This document shows positions 20,566 through 27,364 of a DNA stretch of 64,000 bases, one piece after another. Source of the stretch: a virus; IMG/VR virus record IMGVR_UViG_3300031957_001651, positions 1 through 64,000 of that record; one strand, written 5' to 3'. The notes beneath the pieces are model-generated. The model saw nothing but the letters and a program-made list of their open reading frames with translations. It was not told the DNA's origin and made no database searches. Each line of letters opens with the position of its first letter. Position 1 is the first letter of the stretch. A program made the position numbers and the translations under genes.

Positions 20566-21089
20566 ACATTTTCGTTACTGATCCCGATCCTTGGAAGTCT
20601 GCACAAGTTCTCCCCGACAAACACATCGTCAAGATGCCTCTAGAGACCTGTCAGATGCTTGCCATTGTTTGTTCGGATAAATGGGGTCATGGATTCGGCA
20701 CTCTTCCCAAGGCAGACGGTACACCCTATGCCACTGAGAAGGGTGCTTTTCGTAATCACCCTTGTACTATCTGGGCAAATGATTATGTGATGAACTGGCA
20801 GTGGTTGCTCTCTCATGGGTTTGCTCTCTGTGCAGAGTATGCTGCTCGTTATGGCAAGGTTCATACCTGCTTCCAGACTCTGAATGCAGCAAAGGAGATT
20901 CTTCCTACTGCAGACCCACAAGGTCGTAGTGGGAAAGATACAACACCTTTTGTGTTTGCAGGACCTGATGAGTTCAAGTACGACACAAGTATTGATATCT
21001 TCACTGCCTATAAGATGTATATTGCATCCAAACCATGGGTAAAAGATAACTACCTAAAACTACCTCATCGTAAACCTGAATGGATATGA
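20562..21089 (+). CDS. Pyrimidine-dimer DNA glycosylase (DenV)-related protein
   Basis: MNIF...DKHIVKMPLETCQML, NHPCTIW, EY..RYGKVH. Confidence 0.65.
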   Translation: MNIFVTDPDPWKSAQVLPDKHIVKMPLETCQMLAIVCSDKWGHGFGTLPKADGTPYATEKGAFRNHPCTIWANDYVMNWQWLLSHGFALCAEYAARYGKVHTCFQTLNAAKEILPTADPQGRSGKDTTPFVFAGPDEFKYDTSIDIFTAYKMYIASKPWVKDNYLKLPHRKPEWI

Positions 21090-21241
21090 AAACTACTTTG
21101 AAAGTTAGTGATGATGGAATTTTAACCTTCACAGAAGAAATACTCCAGGAAACTGGATGGAAAGAAGGAGATATGTTAGAATGGATTGACAATGGAGATG
21201 GAAGTTTTACTTTGACCAAATTTATTGATGACGACTTGTAA
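21086..21241 (+). CDS. AbrB/MazE-like small DNA-binding protein (51 aa)
   Basis: Manual read MKTTLKVSDDGILTFTEEILQETGWKEGDMLEWIDNGDGSFTLTK. Confidence 0.65.
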   Translation: MKTTLKVSDDGILTFTEEILQETGWKEGDMLEWIDNGDGSFTLTKFIDDDL

Positions 21242-21666
21242 TGTTTATTGAAGAAAAAGAGTATCAAAAGATAATGAAATCCATGCCAATTTTTTGTGTG
21301 GATTTTGTGTTTAGATGTAAGGATAAATTTCTTCTAATCAAAAGAACACAAGAACCTGTAAAGGGTGTGTTCTGGGTTATAGGAGGAAGACTTAGGTTTA
21401 AAGAAACCGTTCAAGAACTTGCTGAGAGAGTTCATACTAGAGAGATTGGAAGATACTATTCGGATTTCAAACTTGTAGGATTCTCTAATTACATCTTTCC
21501 AGATGTCCTTGAAGCAAGAGCAACTCATACACCAACTCTTCTTTACTTGGTTGATGTTGATGAAATGTTTGAACCAATTCTTGACGAAACAAGTTCTGAG
21601 TTCGTGTGGTCCGAAGAACTACCTGATGAGATGAAAGAACAAACACATTTTATTCATGACTTCTAA
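21241..21666 (+). CDS. NUDIX hydrolase, GDP-mannose mannosyl hydrolase (Gmm/NudD)-like
   Basis: PIFCVD, KR..EPVKG.FW..GGR...ET...A.R....EIG divergent Nudix box, TH motif. Confidence 0.75.
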   Translation: MFIEEKEYQKIMKSMPIFCVDFVFRCKDKFLLIKRTQEPVKGVFWVIGGRLRFKETVQELAERVHTREIGRYYSDFKLVGFSNYIFPDVLEARATHTPTLLYLVDVDEMFEPILDETSSEFVWSEELPDEMKEQTHFIHDF

Positions 21667-22285
21667 GGTAATCAAAAATTTATATGCAAACTTATTGTCG
21701 TGGAAAGAACTCGAACATCTTATAAATGTTCGTCCATTACTTACATACGAACGAGTTCATTTTGATGGAAAGGATAAATGTAAATGGGATGATACTGCCT
21801 GGTGTCTTGATAATGATTGTTTCCCACCAAGTATTGTAGGTGATGCGATACACAATGGGGTATGTTATTTTCTTGACATGTCAAAATCTACAGAAAAAAT
21901 AAATCGTCTATGTAAGGTTTTTGAAAAAAAATATCAGAAACCAGTAGATGCCCATATCTACGCATGTAAGAACCTAGAGGCAGTTCATCCATTTGGAACC
22001 CACTTCGATTATAACAACAATATTATTGTTCAATGTGAGGGTGTCACAAACTTCAAAGTGTGGTATGATGGGTTGTGTGATCCTAGTGGAGACAATGGCA
22101 ATCTGACCTTGACTGAAGATCCTTTTATTGATTGTGATCTTGAACCTGGTGATGCAATATTCATCCCAGCATTTTTCCCGCATCGGGCAACATCTATTAC
22201 TGAAAGATTATCTGTTAGTTTTCCAACAGAGATTATTGGTGATATGGAATTAAAATTTGAGGACAGGACCTGGATTAAATTATGA
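21656..22285 (+). CDS. JmjC/cupin-type Fe(II)/2OG oxygenase
   Basis: HFD, IVQCEG, LEPGDAIFIPAFFPH, RLSVSF. Confidence 0.8.
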   Translation: MTSKVIKNLYANLLSWKELEHLINVRPLLTYERVHFDGKDKCKWDDTAWCLDNDCFPPSIVGDAIHNGVCYFLDMSKSTEKINRLCKVFEKKYQKPVDAHIYACKNLEAVHPFGTHFDYNNNIIVQCEGVTNFKVWYDGLCDPSGDNGNLTLTEDPFIDCDLEPGDAIFIPAFFPHRATSITERLSVSFPTEIIGDMELKFEDRTWIKL

Positions 22286-23232
22286 ACAAGACTGACTTTC
22301 TTTGGGTTGAGAAGTATAGACCAAAGACGATCGATGATTGTATCCTACCTGAACATACTAAAACTATGTTCAAAGACTTTCTAAATAAGAAAGAGATACC
22401 AAATCTACTACTTTCTGGACCTGCAGGTTGTGGTAAAACTACAGTGGCAAAGGCACTCTGTGAACAATTAGGTGTTGATTATTACGTTATCAATGGATCC
22501 GATGAAGGACGATTTCTGGACACAGTACGGAACCAAGCAAAGAACTTTGCTTCGACCGTCTCACTTTCTGCAACTGAAGCAAAGCACAAAGTCATCATTA
22601 TTGACGAAGCTGACAACACAACCCATGATGTACAGCTCCTCTTACGGGCAAATATTGAGACATTTTATAACAACTGCAGATTCATCTTTACCTGCAACTT
22701 CAAAAACAAAATCATTGAACCTCTCCACTCCCGATGTGCCGTCGTCGAGTTTGGAATTAAGGGTAAAGAGAGGCAGGGAATCGCAGCAAACTTCTTCAAA
22801 CGTCTCCAACAAATCTTGGTTGCAGAAGGTGTTGAATATGATAACAAGGTCCTGGTAGAACTTATTAACAAACACTTCCCAGATTGGAGACGTGTTCTAA
22901 ATGAGTGTCAACGATACTCAGTATCGGGTAGCATTGATAGTGCCATCCTTGCTCAGTTTTCTGATGTGAGTGTTGAAGATCTAATCAAGAATCTGAAAGT
23001 AAAGGACTTTGGTTATGTCCGAAAATGGGTCACATCTAATCTAGATAATGATCCCAATCTAATCCTTCGTAGGGTTTATGATGGTCTTGCAAATGCCGTA
23101 GATGGACCTTCTCTTGCAGCAGCAGTTCTAGTCATTGCTAAGTATCAGTATCAGATTGCTTTTGTTGCTGATCAGGAGATTAATATTCTTGCAGCACTAA
23201 CTGAAATTATGGTGGAATGTAAATTCAAATGA
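22282..23232 (+). CDS. gp44: Clamp loader large subunit gp44
   Basis: LWVEKYRP, GPAGCGKT, IIDEAD, SRC. Confidence 0.97.
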   Translation: MNKTDFLWVEKYRPKTIDDCILPEHTKTMFKDFLNKKEIPNLLLSGPAGCGKTTVAKALCEQLGVDYYVINGSDEGRFLDTVRNQAKNFASTVSLSATEAKHKVIIIDEADNTTHDVQLLLRANIETFYNNCRFIFTCNFKNKIIEPLHSRCAVVEFGIKGKERQGIAANFFKRLQQILVAEGVEYDNKVLVELINKHFPDWRRVLNECQRYSVSGSIDSAILAQFSDVSVEDLIKNLKVKDFGYVRKWVTSNLDNDPNLILRRVYDGLANAVDGPSLAAAVLVIAKYQYQIAFVADQEINILAALTEIMVECKFK

Positions 23233-23429
23233 AAAATACAAAACTAAAAGCACAAGTAAAATCCAGATTCTATTATGTATTCTGGGGAACTGCTACTATA
23301 GCAGTTGTCTTAGGTCAACTATATGTTGGCACTGGATATCGTGTTCTGCATAATGATATGCGAGAACTACTTCTAAAAGTAGATGGAGTTCTTCTCCACA
23401 AAACTGAACAACCTAATGGATTTTATTGA
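23229..23429 (+). CDS. Small hypothetical membrane protein
   Basis: 66 aa, one hydrophobic segment. Confidence 0.65.
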   Translation: MKNTKLKAQVKSRFYYVFWGTATIAVVLGQLYVGTGYRVLHNDMRELLLKVDGVLLHKTEQPNGFY

Positions 23430-23725
23430 AAATGATTGATGTAAAACTGATTCGTATTGTAACTGGTGAGGAAGTAGTTGCAGAACTTTTAGATGAGAAT
23501 GCTTCTACTATTGAAGTGCAGAATGGTCTTGTAGTCCTTCCTAATGCAAATGGTGTTGGATTTGCACCTTGGGCAACTGTGATTAGTAAAGACAATCCCA
23601 AAATCACATTGTCAAAAAAGCATATTGTATACTTGGTAGATGTTGACTCTTCTGTGAAGAAGAAGTATACTGAGATCTTCGGGAGCAAACTGATTACTCC
23701 TGACGACAAGAAACTCATCCTCTGA
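23426..23725 (+). CDS. Hypothetical protein (Sm-like fold candidate)
   Basis: KLIRIVTGEEVVAE...FAPW. Confidence 0.75.
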   Translation: MKMIDVKLIRIVTGEEVVAELLDENASTIEVQNGLVVLPNANGVGFAPWATVISKDNPKITLSKKHIVYLVDVDSSVKKKYTEIFGSKLITPDDKKLIL

Positions 23726-23740
23726 TTTTTTTATTTTATT

Positions 23741-24616
23741 ATGAAAGCATTGAAGACACCTTTAAGATATCCTGGAGGCAAGTCCAAAGCAATCAAGACT
23801 CTTTCACAATGGTATCCAAAAGTCATCACCGAATATCGTGAACCATTCATTGGTGGTGGGTCTATTGCTATTGATGTGACCAAAGAGAATCCAGACATTC
23901 CTGTCTGGGTGAATGATTTATATGTGCCCCTATACAATTTCTGGGTGCAATTGCGGGATCATGGTCAAGACCTCTCTGAGAGTGTCAGAGAGCAGAAAGA
24001 GAAGATGCTTGAGAGTGGCACTCAAGAGGAGAAGGACAATTTTGCTAAGGAACTGTTCAATCGGTATGCTACAGATATTGATACTTACGATAATTTCCAG
24101 AAGGCAGTTGCTTTCTTTATTATGAATAAGTGCAGTTACTCTGGATTGACTGAGAATAGTTCTTTCTCTCGAACTGCTGCCAATTCCAACTTCTCTCTAG
24201 TTGGTGCAGATAAACTTGCACAGTTCTCTAAACTAATTAAGAATTGGAAGATTACTAATATTGATTATTCTGAAGTAATGAATGCTGACGGTCCTGACAA
24301 TACTTTTGTATTCCTTGATCCTCCTTATGACATCAAAGACTTTCTGTATGGAAAGAATCGTGAGATGCACAGATCATTTGATCATGAGGTATTTGCTGAG
24401 AACGTATACAAGTGTCCTCACGACTTTATGATTACTTACAATGTGAATGATCGTCTGCTTGAGTTGTATAAAGATTATCATCTTGAGTATTGGAAACTAC
24501 GTTACTCTATGGTTCATCGTGGGGACAAGAATACTCAAGATAATGTAAAGACTGAGTTGCTTGTTACAAACTACTCTCTTACTCCACCTACACCACTAGA
24601 GGAACAATGGAACTGA
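23741..24616 (+). CDS. dam: DNA adenine methyltransferase (Dam/D12 class)
   Basis: LRYPGGKS, EPFIGGGS, FLDPPY. Confidence 0.93.
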   Translation: MKALKTPLRYPGGKSKAIKTLSQWYPKVITEYREPFIGGGSIAIDVTKENPDIPVWVNDLYVPLYNFWVQLRDHGQDLSESVREQKEKMLESGTQEEKDNFAKELFNRYATDIDTYDNFQKAVAFFIMNKCSYSGLTENSSFSRTAANSNFSLVGADKLAQFSKLIKNWKITNIDYSEVMNADGPDNTFVFLDPPYDIKDFLYGKNREMHRSFDHEVFAENVYKCPHDFMITYNVNDRLLELYKDYHLEYWKLRYSMVHRGDKNTQDNVKTELLVTNYSLTPPTPLEEQWN

Positions 24617-24987
24617 AAGATTGGATGAACTCGATAAACTTTAATAAGGAAAACCTTATTAAAGAAAACCCCGACTCCGTTAAACAATACCCACCCTTCA
24701 TCATAAACAAGTGTCTATCTGGGCACCTTGATGCGATTATGTTTGCTAATGAAATGAATAAGTATCATTTCTTAGATAAAGATATGCAATATTCATTTTT
24801 GCTAAATAGTCTGAGGAAAAAGAAAAGATTCTCTCCATGGATTCGTAAAGAGAAGATTGATGATCTGGATGCCATTAAACAATATTATGGTTATTCCAAT
24901 GAGAAATCAAAAGAAGCTTTAAGAATTCTTTCCAAAGAACAAATTAATTTTATCAAATCTAAGATTGAAAAAGGTGGAAAAAAATGA
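24607..24987 (+). CDS. gp62: Clamp loader small subunit gp62
   Basis: YPPFIINKCLS, FANEMN, YYGYS; precedes regA. Confidence 0.92.
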   Translation: MELKDWMNSINFNKENLIKENPDSVKQYPPFIINKCLSGHLDAIMFANEMNKYHFLDKDMQYSFLLNSLRKKKRFSPWIRKEKIDDLDAIKQYYGYSNEKSKEALRILSKEQINFIKSKIEKGGKK

Positions 24988-25418
24988 CTAAAATTGTTGA
25001 ACCTCAGGTTACTTGGTCTCCTTCTATGATGGTAGAGATCAGTCTTCGTGAACCAGATGACTTCCTGAAGGTTCGTGAAACATTGACTCGAATTGGTGTT
25101 GCTTCTCGTAAAGAAAAAAAGTTATATCAATCTTGTCATATTCTTCATAAGCAAGGCAAGTATTATATTGTCCACTTCAAAGAGTTGTTTGCTCTCGATG
25201 GTAAATATGCAAACATTACTGTAAATGATATTCAACGTAGAAATAGAATCATTAAACTTCTTGTTGACTGGGGACTAGTTGAACTACTAGAAGAAGAAAA
25301 GATTATGGATATTGCTCCACTTAATCAAATTAAAGTTATTGCTTATAAAGAGAAGGGTGAATGGTCACTAGAGCAAAAATATAATATTGGATCTAAGAAG
25401 AAAAAAGAAGAAGTATGA
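24984..25418 (+). CDS. regA: Translational repressor RegA
   Basis: DDFLKVRETLTRIG, LYQSCHILHKQGKYYIVHFKELF. Confidence 0.97.
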   Translation: MTKIVEPQVTWSPSMMVEISLREPDDFLKVRETLTRIGVASRKEKKLYQSCHILHKQGKYYIVHFKELFALDGKYANITVNDIQRRNRIIKLLVDWGLVELLEEEKIMDIAPLNQIKVIAYKEKGEWSLEQKYNIGSKKKKEEV

Positions 25419-25990
25419 AAAAAATTCTCCTCAAAGACTTTATTTTCAAGGGGAGAGTAAATGATCATGATCTCATTAGAGATAAACTTCTCTTTGAAAT
25501 TGATAAAGCAGAATGTGATACTTTAGAAAAGTCAGAAACTAGATTTGAAAGTCTTTCTAGATTTGATTGGCGTAATGCGGAAAACATGTCTAGAAAATGG
25601 ATTCAACTATTTACACCACACTTTAGTAGAGTAGTTGATGAGTTTCTTTCAATAACACCATATCTTTCAATAGAACTTGCTGAGATGTGGTTCCAACAGT
25701 ACCGCAAGTATGACATGCATGATTGGCATACTCACGGTGAACAATATACTGGTGTATATTACTTAGAGTTTCCAAAAGGAAGTTCTAAAACAGAAATAGT
25801 TTCTCCATACGACCATATTAAGCAGTTAGTTGATGTTGAAGAGGGTGATATAATTTTCTTTCCATCACACGTTGCTCATAGAGGTACTACAAATTTAACA
25901 AAAAGAAAAACGATAGTCTCATTTAATTTTTCTATAGGAAATGATTATGATGGAATTATTAATCATGAGATGTTGAATTCCCTACGTTGA
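25415..25990 (+). CDS. 2OG-Fe(II) oxygenase-like protein (HxH type)
   Basis: WFQQY...HDWHTH, GVYYL, EGDIIFFPS..AH, RKTIVSFN. Confidence 0.82.
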   Translation: MKKILLKDFIFKGRVNDHDLIRDKLLFEIDKAECDTLEKSETRFESLSRFDWRNAENMSRKWIQLFTPHFSRVVDEFLSITPYLSIELAEMWFQQYRKYDMHDWHTHGEQYTGVYYLEFPKGSSKTEIVSPYDHIKQLVDVEEGDIIFFPSHVAHRGTTNLTKRKTIVSFNFSIGNDYDGIINHEMLNSLR

Positions 25991-26019
25991 GGTGCGGTTT
26001 ACCCGTTGCCTCTTTTTTT
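25989..26019 (+). terminator. Intrinsic terminator
   Basis: GAGGTGCGG...CCGTTGCCTC followed by T7. Confidence 0.75.
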
Positions 26020-26028
26020 ATACTATGA

Positions 26029-26036
26029 TATAAATA
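26029..26036 (+). promoter_or_regulatory. T4-type late promoter TATAAATA upstream of hsp20
   Basis: Exact consensus. Confidence 0.7.
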
Positions 26037-26040
26037 AGTA

Positions 26041-26094
26041 TGGATGCCTTCGGGGTCCACACAATCAAATCTCGCTTATTAAGGAGAAGTACAG
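26041..26094 (+). promoter_or_regulatory. hsp20 5'UTR: UUCG hairpin plus SD-sequestering ROSE-like hairpin
   Basis: TCTC-G-CTT-att-AAG-GAGA; UCGCU opposite AGGA. Confidence 0.55.
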
Positions 26095-26529
26095 ATGAAT
26101 GATTTAATGAAGTACAATGCCGCCAACATTAATCAACTGTTGGAACGCATTAATAAGAATAGTATTGGAATGGAAGATTACTTTGATAGGATCTTTACTC
26201 TACATGAAACTACATCAAATTATCCACCATATAATCTTGTTTCGGTAAATAATGTTACATCTCGACTAGAGATTGCACTGGCAGGATTTAAAACTAAGGA
26301 AGTATATGTCTACACACAAGATGGTAAACTCTTTATTGAAGGTCAGAAGGAGGATAAAGAGACGGAAACTAACTATGTCCACAAAGGTGTGGCTCAACGG
26401 AGTTTTACACGTTCCTGGACACTCAGTGAGGACACGGAAGTTAGATCAGTTGTTTTTGAAGATGGGCTTCTGAGTGTTGAACTTGGAAAAATTGTTCCAG
26501 ATGCACATAAGAGAAAGGATTATCTGTAA
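26095..26529 (+). CDS. hsp20: Small heat shock protein Hsp20
   Basis: NYPPYN, LEIALAGF, YVHKGVAQRSFTRSW, FEDGLL. Confidence 0.96.
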   Translation: MNDLMKYNAANINQLLERINKNSIGMEDYFDRIFTLHETTSNYPPYNLVSVNNVTSRLEIALAGFKTKEVYVYTQDGKLFIEGQKEDKETETNYVHKGVAQRSFTRSWTLSEDTEVRSVVFEDGLLSVELGKIVPDAHKRKDYL

Positions 26530-26596
26530 ACCCTAATCATAAGTTGACGAAATGCTTATTAGTGTCTAAATATACATCTAGTAAGCATTTCTACTT

Positions 26597-26689
26597 ATGG
26601 CATTATTAGTAACGATTTTTATTCTAGCTGCTTCGTTTGTTGGGGCAGCAATGATGACACAATCGGGAGATGAAAAGGTGAATAAATAA
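26597..26689 (+). CDS. 30-aa hydrophobic microprotein
   Basis: Manual read MALLVTIFILAASFVGAAMMTQSGDEKVNK; CTAAATA upstream. Confidence 0.45.
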   Translation: MALLVTIFILAASFVGAAMMTQSGDEKVNK

Positions 26690-26711
26690 AAACGTATCGT
26701 CGTCGCAGACG

Positions 26712-26752
26712 GAGAGGTAACTGGCACAAACCAGTTGACACCTCTCTTTTTT
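26712..26752 (+). terminator. Terminator-like long hairpin
   Basis: GAGAGGT-AACTGG-CACAAA-CCAGTT-GAC-ACCTCTC followed by T run. Confidence 0.75.
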
Positions 26753-26763
26753 ATTGCTAAAAT
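26735..26763 (+). promoter_or_regulatory. Sigma70-type promoter for gp43 operon (embedded in hairpin)
   Basis: TTGACA-17nt-TAAAAT, TG extension. Confidence 0.75.
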
Positions 26764-26784
26764 GATTTGGAGCAACTTAAAATT

Positions 26785-27159
26785 ATGACTGTAAAACTTG
26801 CTGTACTAAAATCTGGTGAAGAGGTCATTGCCGATGTAAAGGAAATGCATCATGGTGAAGGTGAAAATACTAAGGTAGTTGGATACTTCTTCAAAAAACC
26901 TTGTGTTGTCCGTATAAAGGATCTTGACATTCCTGAAAACCGACCACAAGTAACTTTTGATATTTCACTACAACCTTGGGTGCCACTTGGAAAAGGACCT
27001 ATCTATCCAGTCGCAATGGATTGGATCGTGACCTTTGTAGATCCAATTGATAAACTTAAAAATGCATATCTAGAACAAATTCTATCTAAGGATGATGAAA
27101 ATTATGGAGAAATTAGTGATCAAGATTTTGGTTTTGATGGACCAAACTCTGTTGATTAG
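26785..27159 (+). CDS. Hypothetical protein (Sm-like fold candidate)
   Basis: MTVKLAVLKSGEEVIADV...PWVPL. Confidence 0.8.
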   Translation: MTVKLAVLKSGEEVIADVKEMHHGEGENTKVVGYFFKKPCVVRIKDLDIPENRPQVTFDISLQPWVPLGKGPIYPVAMDWIVTFVDPIDKLKNAYLEQILSKDDENYGEISDQDFGFDGPNSVD

Positions 27160-27364
27160 TCAAATTGAGGAGACTGGTGCTGATATTGGAGAACCTGATT
27201 GCAAACTGACAGAACCGTTTGTAGTCAACTCTGATGGCACACTATCTCCTTGGTTGATTGAAATCACAACTGATAATCAATTTATGATGTCGTCAGATAA
27301 AATTCTGACATTGGTAGAACCAAAACCTACCCTATTGGAAAAGTATCAAGATCTATTGAAATGA
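27104..27364 (+). CDS. Hypothetical protein upstream of gp43
   Basis: DIGEPDCKLTEPF; ATGA overlap with gp43. Confidence 0.8.
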   Translation: MEKLVIKILVLMDQTLLISQIEETGADIGEPDCKLTEPFVVNSDGTLSPWLIEITTDNQFMMSSDKILTLVEPKPTLLEKYQDLLK

